Shown: positions 1 to 13,341 of the stretch, one piece after another | Layout: the number at the start of each line of letters is the position of its first letter | Position numbering within the stretch: the stretch's first letter is position 1 | NCBI GenBank assembly: GCA_004431415.1 | Contig: QPMI01000395.1 | Coordinates: 310,001-374,000, forward strand | Direction of reading: 5' to 3' | Length of the DNA stretch: 64,000 nucleotides | DNA from: Cyanophora paradoxa CCMP329 | Taxonomy: Eukaryota > Plantae > Glaucophyta | The notes under the pieces: model-generated | The model's database searches: none | Seen by the model: only the letters and a program-made list of their open reading frames with translations | What the model was told of the DNA's origin: nothing | Translations under genes and position numbers: made by a program

Positions 1-1625
1 TGGCGTCGCACTTCGGCCTGGGACGCCGCCTGGTGTGCAGCTTCTCAATGCGCACGGCTGCGCGTATCTGATTCCCGCTCTGCAGGACGCGATCTCAGCG
101 GATCTGGGGCGGGTCGCCCCGCCGGCAATCCCGGCGCCGGCGGATCTCGGCGTCCCTTCACCTACGCAAGCGTACGCGCCAGCGCCCCGTAGCCCCTCTT
201 AAAAGCCCGCCCCCAACTGTTTCTTTACGAATCTTCAGCCTAGCGTTCTCTAAAAAACAATACCAGCATTCTTTCCAATGCGCGCGGCCACTGGCGAGCG
301 CCCCGGGGAAGGAGCTTTGCATGCGCACGCACACGTATATAGATATACAGGAATCGAACAGATCGAGAGGCGGGCGAGCCTCGGAGCCCGAGCTAGCAAG
401 CGCCGAGTTTCCGAGCCGCCCGCGCCGTGTCGACGTCGAGCTGGGCGACGAGAGCGGGGCCGCCGGCGGGCGACGAGCGCGGGGCCGCTGGCCGGCGCCG
501 CGGCCTCCCCGAGCTGCTGATGCTGCTACTGCTGCGAACGCGGGCGCTACGTCGCGTCGCCGCCGCCGCAAGCCGCGCCGCCCCGGCCCCACAGTCGCCT
601 GGCTGCCCGGAAGCGAGCGCGCATCTGCGAGAAAGCGTGCGTCCGCGCGTACGCGTTCAGGAGCGATTGCCTTGGGACGAGGCGCTTCGCGAACCTGAAG
701 AGCGCCCCACGGGGCGCGGGAAGCCTCGCCGGGAGCCTTAGAACGAAGCGCGTGCCTGCACTGGCACGTGCCTGCCAGGCGAGTGCGCGTATAAGCACTG
801 ATTTCCGAAAGCGAGCGGAGCGGCCGCACCGTATTCGAGCTCCCGGCCGCCGCACAGAAGCCTGGGAGCGAGCGCGTGCCTGCGAGACGATCGCTCAAAA
901 GCGATTCCAGAGAGCGATAGCGAGAGGGCGTCCCTGCGCACCTGAAGCCGGCGCGGGCGACGGTGGGAAGCTGCCACCGCACAGCTGCCACTGAGGCCGA
1001 AAGCGGCCGCCGCACCTGCGAGAGTATGCAGGAGAGACGATAAGAAGCCAAGAAGCCACAAAGCGAAGGCAGGTTTACCTGAAGCGCGGTGGGGTTCAAC
1101 GGACTCAACGCCGTGAGCCTGGCGCGGGCGACGGGCGGCCGCGAAGGTAAGCTAAGCTCTACGCTTCATCTGTAGAGCCCTCTCAGCCGCCCAGCAACCT
1201 CCGAACTCCGCGCCGCGCTAGCTGGACGCTGCCTGGCCCCGGAGTGCTGCTGGCGAAGAGCTCCAGGCATCTGACGACGCTTCTGGTCGAGTAGCTACCG
1301 CCGAGCGCGTGGCGGCTTCTTGGCTGCAAAGGCTCGGTCGCAGCTGCTGCGTCGATTTGGCACTGGTACCCTCCGATCCCCTGCCCCCCCTCCAGCCAGG
1401 CGCGGCCCGGCAGCCCCGATCCGGCGGTGCCTGGCGATCGCCTGATTTCCATTCATAACGAACCGGCGATCGCTTCGCCAATGAGAAGACCGTGACGCGA
1501 TACGTCACCGGCGACCGCAGAAACGAGAACACGCAAGCGATCGCTTTGCGGAGGCTCCTTGTTAGGGCTCGATTCCGATCGGGTACCCTTACTAACCGAG
1601 GCGATCGCTGGAGAAATGAGAAGGC
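1..1625 (+). repeat. PQ module copy 1 (3' part only, cut by the window edge)
   Basis: Near-identical to 6885-8508, 11506-13132 and 16496-18120. Confidence 0.9.
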
Positions 1626-1834
1626 TCTAACCGTCCAGACCGTCCAGTGGAATATAAATGTGCAACTTATATTTTATTTTTGGTGAATTACGTATACCGG
1701 TACCGGCCGCAGCCTCTAGACACCAGCACTGCGGGGGCTGCCCAGGGGGCATATACAACAATTGCAAAGAGAACGACTGAAATAAGAAAACTAAGGCAAG
1801 AGCACTATAGCTAAAAGCAACAAGACAACTTGGC

Positions 1835-2728
1835 GCTCGAGAGAAGCTTGCCCCGATTCTCCGCTGCAGCTGGCTCCAGCTTGCAATTGAGCGCCGGCCG
1901 CGGGAACGCAACCTTCCCTCAGATCTAGACGACCCCACCTCCTGGCCGCTTGCATCGGCCACCAGGTACTACGGTACCCCATCCCCGAACAACGGGACCG
2001 CTTCAGCTGCAGTGTAATCGTCTGTGCCCTGGCAGACGCCCTGGTCCGGATCCGGGGCCAAGAAGACGTGCTCATGGACACCAACTCGCCTTTCGACGGC
2101 AGTAGTCGGTGCTGCGCCCACTGGCGCAGCCTCATCCTCACTCGGATCGATATCCTAGCCGTGAGCCAACGGCCCCAAGCACCCGGGCCCGGCCCCAGAG
2201 GCCCGCCCCAGCCCCCTCCGGCCCCAGCTCCACCCCCGCCGCCGCGAGCTCCGGACCCCCTGCCCTCTCTCCTGCCTCTCCTCAGCCTCAGCCTCCTCCC
2301 CCCCCCCCCCCCCCCCACCCCCCCCCCCCCCCCCCCCCAGCCCCTCCCGCAGTCCAGCCCCGCGACCCCGCCGCCTCACGCGCCGCGAGCGCGAACTGGC
2401 CGCTCTCCGTGACTCAGCCGGCTTCACCTCTGCCCGCAACAATCTCCCCGCACGTGGAGACCGCGGACCCCGACGTGCAGGTCCGGCTGTCCCCGCCCCC
2501 GACCCACAGGACCACCCTCCCCCGAATCCTTTCGCCCCGGTGAGCCCCTCCGACCCCCCCACACTGCCGTCACCTGCAGCTGTCGAACCGCAGGACCGGC
2601 CACCGCCCCGCCAGCCCCGCGCCCCCCGCCGCCGGCCGCCCCCGCCGTCGCCGGCGCCGCCCCAGTCCCCGCACCGCCGCTCCCATTCGAATTTTCCGCC
2701 CGCGCCCGCCAGCTCCACCCTGAGGCAC
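1835..2728 (+). mobile_element. Ulp1-fragment retro-insertion, 3'-truncated copy
   Basis: Matches 23802-24694, then switches at CCCTGAGGCAC to module S (GTAGGCC..). Confidence 0.7.
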
Positions 2729-2966
2729 GTAGGCCTGCCTGCGGCTGGCCTGCTAGCTTTGTAGCGGCTACTACCGGCTAGCTATATAGCCTTCAAGCTC
2801 AATCAACTTATGTACCCGGTAACTTCCAAAGGTTCGAAAAAATTCGGTGAGCCGAACCTGTTGGCCAGCAATTGCTATCATAGTATAGAATTATAAGGCT
2901 GCGCCAGGGTAGGCCTGCCTGCCGCAGTGCGGCTGGCCTGCCAGCTTTCTAGCGGCTAGCGATTGA

Positions 2967-5080
2967 CACGGCATTGATACAGCCCTCGCGCATGTTGAAG
3001 ACTTGATTTGCGCGCAAGTCCGAGGTCCGCACGCTCCAGCTTCCGATCCCACAGGACCGTTAACGTTGGGGGGTGGGACCGTTGGGGGGATACATACTCA
3101 GATTGGCATCGGGCACGATGCTGCTCGCAGAGCGCTCGTCTACGCTCCTGCAGCAGCTCTTGAGCCGGCACATCGTCGTCGTCCGCGCCAAGCACGCGCA
3201 GTTCAGCGCTCAGCCGCCCGCGCAGAGAGGAACGTCGCCGTACGCTCCGGAGCGCGGCCCGGGTCAGCATGTGCTCTTTCTTTCATCTCTTGAGCAGTCT
3301 GGTGCGTCTCGGGCAGCGCCTCGTCCCCTTTGGCTGCGCTCTAAGCCGCGCACCGAGGTCTCTTCGACGAACTGGGCGCAAGGCTCACTGCCTGGTCGCC
3401 GAGTCACCGCAACAACGTCAAGGCCACCGATACGGGTCGTCGGCTTCTTGATCTTCTGCGGAAAGAGCCCTGGAAGCTCGCGGTTTGGCCTACGTCCGCG
3501 TTGCGCACTTCTTTCCAAGGGCTCTGTGCCCGCTTTTCGCTTGCGCAGTTCAACAGCTGGTCACCGGCGACGACGAACGTGCAGAGGGCGGCGGCTTCGC
3601 GGCGGCGGAAGCGGGCGAGCGACCTGGCAGCCGTGCCGGTGGCCACGCAGGCGCTGCATGGCGGCCGTGGGCGCGAACCGCTTGCGTACGCGGGTCTACT
3701 ACTTCTTCTCCTTCGAAGGCTTAACGGTTCGCCCTTCCTCGCCTCGCCTTGGGTCGCTTCCGTTCTGACCGTTGTTTCCCTCCTTCTCAAGCTCTCTTTC
3801 GGGCGAGATCTTCCGTGCGGAGCATGCGGGATGCATCATCCTGTGCGGTGAGAAGGCTCTGCAGTTTCTTCTCGGTCAGGTTCGCGCTGCCGTTCTTTTC
3901 CGCGATTCCGCCGCCGTACGCGACACGCAGTCGCAGGCACCTGTGCGCTGGACTGGGCTCATTATGAACATCTGCATCAAAGGCACGACGACGAGCGGCC
4001 GCGCGGAGGCGTGGAAGGCGTTCCGGGCGAGGCGGGACTGGGTAAGCGTCCCCAAGGACGACCGCTTGCAGATCCCAGGCGGGCAAGCACCCGACTACAG
4101 CTTCGTGCTCGAGCTTCTGACGATCACTGAGAAGGACGCAGTCGTGCGCGTGCTCTGCCTGAGTTTTCCGCACGCGCGCTCGGCCGATTCTCACAGAACG
4201 CGTGCAGAAGTGCGGGTTGAAGGGCCCGCGAGCGACCTCGGACCTCGCTGGTCGCCTGGAGTGGAGTGCACAGGTGCGAAGCGCCCGCTGCGCTGCCTCG
4301 CAGGCTGCTTCTGACCCCGCACGCGCACGTACGCAGGAGGCTGTCCGGCGCTGCCTCGCGGAGGACGGCGCGGCCAGCGAGGACGTGCAGCGCATCCTCC
4401 TAAACTCGCTCACTCTCGAGAAGAACGTCGAGCAGCTGACGTCGAAGGACCCGCCGCCGCGTCAGCGCGGCATCATCTCGGTGGCCGGCTTTTTGAATTC
4501 GCCCGCGGCCTGTGCGTACGCCTGCTGACTCTGCCTTGCGCAGGTTCTGGCCTGCGTTTGCCTCGCAGAGCGCCTGCCGAGCGCCGCCTTCCCGCGCTGC
4601 GCGAACGCGGGCATAGGCTCTGGCGTCGGCACTTCGGCCTGGGACGCCGCCTGGTGTGCAGCTTCTCAATGCGCACGGCTGCGCGTATCTGATTCCCGCT
4701 CTGCAGGGACGCGATCTCAGCGGATCTGGGCGGGTCGCCCCGCCGGCAATCCCGGCGCCGGCGGATCTCGGCGTCCCTTCACCTACGCAAGCGTACGCGC
4801 CAGCGCCCCGTAGCCCCTCTTAAAAGCCGCCCCCAACTGTTTCTTTACGAATCTTCAGCCTAGCGTTCTCTAAAAAACAATACCAGCATTCTTTCCAATG
4901 CGCGCGGCCACTGGCGAGCGCCCCGGGGAAGGAGCTTTGCATGCGCACGCACACGTATATAGATATACAGGAATCGAACAGATCGAGAGGCGGGCGAGCC
5001 TCGGAGCCCGAGCTAGCAAGCGCCGAGTTTCCGAGCCGCCCGCGCCGTGTCGACGTCGAGCTGGGCGACGAGAGCGGGGC
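2967..5080 (+). pseudogene. PQ module copy 2: fragment of an unknown spliced gene, truncated at both ends
   Basis: Same sequence as 14813 onward. It breaks at 5080 into a templated insertion. Confidence 0.6.
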
Positions 5081-5202
5081 TCTCGTGGAAGGCGTTCCGG
5101 GCGAGGCGGGACTGGGTAAGCGTCCCCAAGGACGACCGCTTGCAGATCCCAGGCGGGCAAGCACCCGACTACAGCTTCGTGCTCGAGCTGGAAGCCTCTG
5201 CA

Positions 5203-8200
5203 ACCTAGGCAAAAGTGCAAGCAGGGGGCCCGCACGGCATTGATACAGCCCTCGCGCATGTTGAAGACTTGATTTGCGCGCAAGTCCGAGGTCCGCACGC
5301 TCCAGCTTCCGATCCCACAGGACCGTTAACGTTGGGGGGTGGGACCGTTGGGGGGATACATACTCAGATTGGCATCGGGCACGATGCTGCTCGCAGAGCG
5401 CTCGTCTACGCTCCTGCAGCAGCTCTTGAGCCGGCACATCGTCGTCGTCCGCGCCAAGCACGCGCAGTTCAGCGCTCAGCCGCCCGCGCAGAGAGGAACG
5501 TCGCCGTACGCTCCGGAGCGCGGCCCGGGTCAGCATGTGCTCTTTCTTTCATCTCTTGAGCAGTCTGGTGCGTCTCGGGCAGCGCCTCGTCCCCTTTGGC
5601 TGCGCTCTAAGCCGCGCACCGAGGTCTCTTCGACGAACTGGGCGCAAGGCTCACTGCCTGGTCGCCGAGTCACCGCAACAACGTCAAGGCCACCGATACG
5701 GTCGTCGGCTTCTTGATCTTCTGCGGAAAGAGCCCTGGAAGCTCGCGGTTTGGCCTACGTCCGCGTTGCGCACTTCTTTCCAAGGGCTCTGTGCCCGCTT
5801 TTCGCTTGCGCAGTTCAACAGCTGGTCACCGGCGACGACGAACGTGCAGAGGGCGGCGGCTTCGCGGCGGCGGAAGCGGGCGAGCGACCTGGCAGCCGTG
5901 CCGGTGGCCACGCAGGCGCTGCATGGCGGCCGTGGGCGCGAACCGCTTGCGTACGCGGGTCTACTACTTCTTCTCCTTCGAAGGCTTAACGGTTCGCCCT
6001 TCCTCGCCTCGCCTTGGGTCGCTTCCGTTCTGACCGTTGTTTCCCTCCTTCTCAAGCTCTCTTTCGGGGCGAGATCTTCCGTGCGGAGCATGCGGGATGC
6101 ATCATCCTGTGCGGTGAGAAGGCTCTGCAGTTTCTTCTCGGTCAGGTTCGCGCTGCCGTTCTTTTCCGCGATTCCGCCGCCGTACGCGACACGCAGTCGC
6201 AGGCACCTGTGCGCTGGACTGGGCTCATTATGAACATCTGCATCAAAGGCACGACGACGAGCGGCCGCGCGGAGGCGTGGAAGGCGTTCCGGGCGAGGCG
6301 GGACTGGGTAAGCGTCCCAAGGACGACCGCTTGCAGATCCCAGGCGGGCAAGCACCCGACTACAGCTTCGTGCTCGAGCTTCTGACGATCACTGAGAAGG
6401 ACGCAGTCGTGCGCGTGCTCTGCCTGAGTTTTCCGCACGCGCGCTCGGCCGATTCTCACAGAACGCGTGCAGAAGTGCGGGTTGAAGGGCCCGCGAGCGA
6501 CCTCGGACCTCGCTGGTCGCCTGGAGTGGAGTGCACAGGTGCGAAGCGCCCGCTGCGCTGCCTCGCAGGCTGCTTCTGACCCGCACGCGCACGTACGCAG
6601 GAGGCTGTCCGGCGCTGCCTCGCGGAGGACGGCGCGGCCAGCGAGGACGTGCAGCGCATCCTCCTAAACTCGCTCACTCTCGAGAAGAACGTCGAGCAGC
6701 TGACGTCGAAGGACCCGCCGCCGCGTCAGCGCGGCATCATCTCGGTGGCCGGCTTTTTGAATTCGCCCGCGGCCTGTGCGTACGCCTGCTGACTCTGCCT
6801 TGCGCAGGTTCTGGCCTGCGTTTGCCTCGCAGAGCGCCTGCCGAGCGCCGCCTTCCCGCGCTGCGCGAACGCGGGCATAGGCTCTGGCGTCGGCACTTCG
6901 GCCTGGGACGCCGCCTGGTGTGCAGCTTCTCAATGCGCACGGCTGCGCGTATCTGATTCCCGCTCTGCAGGGACGCGATCTCAGCGGATCTGGGGCGGGT
7001 CGCCCCGCCGGCAATCCCGGCGCCGGCGGATCTCGGCGTCCCTTCACCTACGCAAGCGTACGCGCCAGCGCCCCGTAGCCCCTCTTAAAAGCCCGCCCCC
7101 AACTGTTTCTTTACGAATCTTCAGCCTAGCGTTCTCTAAAAAACAATACCAGCATTCTTTCCAATGCGCGCGGCCACTGGCGAGCGCCCCGGGAAGGAGC
7201 TTTGCATGCGCACGCACACGTATATAGATATACAGGAATCGAACAGATCGAGAGGCGGGCGAGCCTCGGAGCCCGAGCTAGCAAGCGCCGAGTTTCCGAG
7301 CCGCCCGCGCCGTGTCGACGTCGAGCTGGCGACGAGAGCGGGGCCGCCGGCGGGCGACGAGCGCGGGGCCGCTGGCCGGCGCCGCGGCCTCCCCGAGCTG
7401 CTGATGCTGCTACTGCTGCGAACGCGGGCGCTACGTCGCGTCGCCGCCGCCGCAAGCCGCGCCGCCCCGGCCCACAGTCGCCTGGCTGCCCGGAAGCGAG
7501 CGCGCATCTGCGAGAAAGCGTGCGTCCGCGCGTACGCGTTCAGGAGCGATTGCCTTGGGACGAGGCGCTTCGCGAACCTGAAGAGCGCCCACGGGGCGCG
7601 GGAAGCCTCGCCGGGAGCCTTAGAACGAAGCGCGTGCCTGCACTGGCACGTGCCTGCCAGGCGAGTGCGCGTATAAGCACTGATTTCCGAAAGCGAGCGG
7701 AGCGGCCGCACCGTATTCGAGCTCCCGGCCGCCGCACAGAAGCCTGGGAGCGAGCGCGTGCCTGCGAGACGATCGCTCAAAAGCGATTCCAGAGAGCGAT
7801 AGCGAGAGGGCGTCCCTGCGCACCTGAAGCCGGCGCGGGCGACGGTGGGAAGCTGCCACCGCACAGCTGCCACTGAGGCCGAAAGCGGCCGCCGCACCTG
7901 CGAGAGTATGCAGGAGAGACGATAAGAAGCCAAGAAGCCACAAAGCGAAGGCAGGTTTACCTGAAGCGCGGTGGGGTTCAACGGACTCAACGCCGTGAGC
8001 CTGGCGCGGGCGACGGGCGGCCGCGAAGGTAAGCTAAGCTCTACGCTTCATCTGTAGAGCCCTCTCAGCCGCCCAGCAACCTCCGAACTCCGCGCCGCGC
8101 TAGCTGGACGCTGCCTGGCCCCGGAGTGCTGCTGGCGAAGAGCTCCAGGCATCTGACGACGCTTCTGGTCGAGTAGCTACCGCCGAGCGCGTGGCGGCTT

Positions 8201-8508
8201 CTTGGCTGCAAAGGCTCGGTCGCAGCTGCTGCGTCGATTTGGCACTGGTACCCTCCGATCCCCTGCCCCCCCCTCCAGCCAGGCGCGGCCCGGCAGCCCC
8301 GATCCGGCGGTGCCTGGCGATCGCCTGATTTCCATTCATAACGAACCGGCGATCGCTTCGCCAATGAGAAGACCGTGACGCGATACGTCACCGGCGACCG
8401 CAGAAACGAGAACACGCAAGCGATCGCTTTGCGGAGGCTCCTTGTTAGGGCTCGATTCCGATCGGGTACCCTTACTAACCGAGGCGATCGCTGGAGAAAT
8501 GAGAAGGC
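5203..8508 (+). pseudogene. PQ module copy 3: 5'-truncated unknown spliced gene
   Basis: Near-identical to 14813-18120. Confidence 0.6.
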
Positions 8509-8717
8509 TCTAACCGTCCAGACCGTCCAGTGGAATATAAATGTGCAACTTATATTTTATTTTTGGTGAATTACGTATACCGGTACCGGCCGCAGCCTCT
8601 AGACACCAGCACTGCGGGGGCTGCCCAGGGGGCATATACAACAATTGCAAAGAGAACGACTGAAATAAGAAAACTAAGGCAAGAGCACTATAGCTAAAAG
8701 CAACAAGACAACTTGGC

Positions 8718-9612
8718 GCTCGAGAGAAGCTTGCCCCGATTCTCCGCTGCAGCTGGCTCCAGCTTGCAATTGAGCGCCGGCCGCGGGAACGCAACCTTCC
8801 CTCAGATCTAGACGACCCCACCTCCTGGCCGCTTGCATCGGCCACCAGGTACTACGGTACCCCATCCCCGAACAACGGGACCGCTTCAGCTGCAGTGTAA
8901 TCGTCTGTGCCCTGGCAGACGCCCTGGTCCGGATCCGGGGCCAAGAAGACGTGCTCATGGACACCAACTCGCCTTTCGACGGCAGTAGTCGGTGCTGCGC
9001 CCACTGGCGCAGCCTCATCCTCACTCGGATCGATATCCTAGCCGTGAGCCAACGGCCCCAAGCACCCGGGCCCGGCCCCAGAGGCCCGCCCCAGCCCCCT
9101 CCGGCCCCAGCTCCACCCCCGCCGCCGCGAGCTCCGGACCCCCTGCCCTCTCTCCTGCCTCTCCTCAGCCTCAGCCTCCTCCCCCCCACCCCCCCCCCCC
9201 ACCCCCCCCCCCCCCCCCCCCAGCCCCCTCCCCGCAGTCCAGCCCCGCGACCCCGCCGCCTCACGCGCCGCGAGCGCGAACTGGCCGCTCTCCGTGACTC
9301 AGCCGGCTTCACCTCTGCCCGCAACAATCTCCCCGCACGTGGAGACCGCGGACCCCGACGTGCAGGTCCGGCTGTCCCCGCCCCCGACCCACAGGACCAC
9401 CCTCCCCCGAATCCTTTCGCCCCGGTGAGCCCCTCCGACCCCCACACTGCCGTCACCTGCAGCTGTCGAACCGCAGGACCGGCCACCGCCCCGCCAGCCC
9501 CGCGCCCCCCGCCGCCGGCCGCCCCCGCCGTCGCCGGCGCCGCCCCCAGTCCCCGCACCGCCGCTCCCATTCGAATTTTCCGCCCGCGCCCGCCAGCTCC
9601 ACCCTGAGGCAC
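8718..9612 (+). mobile_element. Ulp1-fragment retro-insertion, 3'-truncated copy
   Basis: Same sequence and same breakpoint as 1835-2728. Confidence 0.7.
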
Positions 9613-9850
9613 GTAGGCCTGCCTGCGGCTGGCCTGCTAGCTTTGTAGCGGCTACTACCGGCTAGCTATATAGCCTTCAAGCTCAATCAACTTATGTACC
9701 CGGTAACTTCCAAAGGTTCGAAAAAATTCGGTGAGCCGAACCTGTTGGCCAGCAATTGCTATCATAGTATAGAATTATAAGGCTGCGCCAGGGTAGGCCT
9801 GCCTGCCGCAGTGCGGCTGGCCTGCCAGCTTTCTAGCGGCTAGCGATTGA

Positions 9851-12800
9851 CACGGCATTGATACAGCCCTCGCGCATGTTGAAGACTTGATTTGCGCGCA
9901 AGTCCGAGGTCCGCACGCTCCAGCTTCCGATCCCACAGGACCGTTAACGTTGGGGGGTGGGACCGTTGGGGGGATACATACTCAGATTGGCATCGGGCAC
10001 GATGCTGCTCGCAGAGCGCTCGTCTACGCTCCTGCAGCAGCTCTTGAGCCGGCACATCGTCGTCGTCCGCGCCAAGCACGCGCAGTTCAGCGCTCAGCCG
10101 CCCGCGCAGAGAGGAACGTCGCCGTACGCTCCGGAGCGCGGCCCGGGTCAGCATGTGCTCTTTCTTTCATCTCTTGAGCAGTCTGGTGCGTCTCGGGCAG
10201 CGCCTCGTCCCCTTTGGCTGCGCTCTAAGCCGCGCACCGAGGTCTCTTCGACGAACTGGGCGCAAGGCTCACTGCCTGGTCGCCGAGTCACCGCAACAAC
10301 GTCAAGGCCACCGATACGGGTCGTCGGCTTCTTGATCTTCTGCGGAAAGAGCCCTGGAAGCTCGCGGTTTGGCCTACGTCCGCGTTGCGCACTTCTTTCC
10401 AAGGGCTCTGTGCCCGCTTTTCGCTTGCGCAGTTCAACAGCTGGTCACCGGCGACGACGAACGTGCAGAGGGCGGCGGCTTCGCGGCGGCGGAAGCGGGC
10501 GAGCGACCTGGCAGCCGTGCCGGTGGCCACGCAGGCGCTGCATGGCGGCCGTGGGCGCGAACCGCTTGCGTACGCGGGTCTACTACTTCTTCTCCTTCGA
10601 AGGCTTAACGGTTCGCCCTTCCTCGCCTCGCCTTGGGGTCGCTTCCGTTCTGACCGTTGTTTCCCTCCTTCTCAAGCTCTCTTTCGGGGCGAGATCTTCC
10701 GTGCGGAGCATGCGGGATGCATCATCCTGTGCGGTGAGAAGGCTCTGCAGTTTCTTCTCGGTCAGGTTCGCGCTGCCGTTCTTTTCCGCGATTCCGCCGC
10801 CGTACGCGACACGCAGTCGCAGGCACCTGTGCGCTGGACTGGGCTCATTATGAACATCTGCATCAAAGGCACGACGACGAGCGGCCGCGCGGAGGCGTGG
10901 AAGGCGTTCCGGGCGAGGCGGGACTGGGTAAGCGTCCCCAAGGACGACCGCTTGCAGATCCCAGGCGGGCAAGCACCCGACTACAGCTTCGTGCTCGAGC
11001 TTCTGACGATCACTGAGAAGGACGCAGTCGTGCGCGTGCTCTGCCTGAGTTTTCCGCACGCGCGCTCGGCCGATTCTCACAGAACGCGTGCAGAAGTGCG
11101 GGTTGAAGGGCCCGCGAGCGACCTCGGACCTCGCTGGTCGCCTGGAGTGGAGTGCACAGGTGCGAAGCGCCCGCTGCGCTGCCTCGCAGGCTGCTTCTGA
11201 CCCGCACGCGCACGTACGCAGGAGGCTGTCCGGCGCTGCCTCGCGGAGGACGGCGCGGCCAGCGAGGACGTGCAGCGCATCCTCCTAAACTCGCTCACTC
11301 TCGAGAAGAACGTCGAGCAGCTGACGTCGAAGGACCCGCCGCCGCGTCAGCGCGGCATCATCTCGGTGGCCGGCTTTTTGAATTCGCCCGCGGCCTGTGC
11401 GTACGCCTGCTGACTCTGCCTTGCGCAGGTTCTGGCCTGCGTTTGCCTCGCAGAGCGCCTGCCGAGCGCCGCCTTCCCGCGCTGCGCGAACGCGGGCATA
11501 GGCTCTGGCGTCGGCACTTCGGCCTGGGACGCCGCCTGGTGTGCAGCTTCTCAATGCGCACGGCTGCGCGTATCTGATTCCCGCTCTGCAGGGACGCGAT
11601 CTCAGCGGATCTGGGGCGGGTCGCCCCGCCGGCAATCCCGGCGCCGGCGGATCTCGGCGTCCCTTCACCTACGCAAGCGTACGCGCCAGCGCCCCGTAGC
11701 CCCTCTTAAAAGCCCGCCCCCAACTGTTTCTTTACGAATCTTCAGCCTAGCGTTCTCTAAAAAACAATACCAGCATTCTTTCCAATGCGCGCGGCCACTG
11801 GCGAGCGCCCCGGGGAAGGAGCTTTGCATGCGCACGCACACGTATATAGATATACAGGAATCGAACAGATCGAGAGGCGGGCGAGCCTCGGAGCCCGAGC
11901 TAGCAAGCGCCGAGTTTCCGAGCCGCCCGCGCCGTGTCGACGTCGAGCTGGGCGACGAGAGCGGGGCCGCCGGCGGGCGACGAGCGCGGGGCCGCTGGCC
12001 GGCGCCGCGGCCTCCCCGAGCTGCTGATGCTGCTACTGCTGCGAACGCGGGCGCTACGTCGCGTCGCCGCCGCCGCAAGCCGCGCCGCCCCGGCCCCACA
12101 GTCGCCTGGCTGCCCGGAAGCGAGCGCGCATCTGCGAGAAAGCGTGCGTCCGCGCGTACGCGTTCAGGAGCGATTGCCTTGGGACGAGGCGCTTCGCGAA
12201 CCTGAAGAGCGCCCCACGGGGCGCGGGAAGCCTCGCCGGGAGCCTTAGAACGAAGCGCGTGCCTGCACTGGCACGTGCCTGCCAGGCGAGTGCGCGTATA
12301 AGCACTGATTTCCGAAAGCGAGCGGAGCGGCCGCACCGTATTCGAGCTCCCGGCCGCCGCACAGAAGCCTGGGAGCGAGCGCGTGCCTGCGAGACGATCG
12401 CTCAAAAGCGATTCCAGAGAGCGATAGCGAGAGGGCGTCCCTGCGCACCTGAAGCCGGCGCGGGCGACGGTGGGAAGCTGCCACCGCACAGCTGCCACTG
12501 AGGCCGAAAGCGGCCGCCGCACCTGCGAGAGTATGCAGGAGAGACGATAAGAAGCCAAGAAGCCACAAAGCGAAGGCAGGTTTACCTGAAGCGCGGTGGG
12601 GTTCAACGGACTCAACGCCGTGAGCCTGGCGCGGGCGACGGGCGGCCGCGAAGGTAAGCTAAGCTCTACGCTTCATCTGTAGAGCCCTCTCAGCCGCCCA
12701 GCAACCTCCGAACTCCGCGCCGCGCTAGCTGGACGCTGCCTGGCCCCGGAGTGCTGCTGGCGAAGAGCTCCAGGCATCTGACGACGCTTCTGGTCGAGTA

Positions 12801-13132
12801 GCTACCGCCGAGCGCGTGGCGGCTTCTTGGCTGCAAAGGCTCGGTCGCAGCTGCTGCGTCGATTTGGCACTGGTACCCTCCGATCCCCTGCCCCCCCTCC
12901 AGCCAGGCGCGGCCCGGCAGCCCCGATCCGGCGGTGCCTGGCGATCGCCTGATTTCCATTCATAACGAACCGGCGATCGCTTCGCCAATGAGAAGACCGT
13001 GACGCGATACGTCACCGGCGACCGCAGAAACGAGAACACGCAAGCGATCGCTTTGCGGAGGCTCCTTGTTAGGGCTCGATTCCGATCGGGTACCCTTACT
13101 AACCGAGGCGATCGCTGGAGAAATGAGAAGGC
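9851..13132 (+). pseudogene. PQ module copy 4: 5'-truncated unknown spliced gene
   Basis: Near-identical to 14813-18120. It has the same GCGAT-TGA-CACGGC junction as copy 2. Confidence 0.6.
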
Positions 13133-13341
13133 TCTAACCGTCCAGACCGTCCAGTGGAATATAAATGTGCAACTTATATTTTATTTTTGGTGAATTACGT
13201 ATACCGGTACCGGCCGCAGCCTCTAGACACCAGCACTGCGGGGGCTGCCCAGGGGGCATATACAACAATTGCAAAGAGAACGACTGAAATAAGAAAACTA
13301 AGGCAAGAGCACTATAGCTAAAAGCAACAAGACAACTTGGC

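Noticed and set aside
1434-1608. Cyanobacterial HIP1 sites indicating endosymbiont-derived DNA
   Set aside because: GCGATCGC equals HIP1, but it is confined to one 175-bp cluster beside an intron-containing gene and is not spread through bacterial-type genes.
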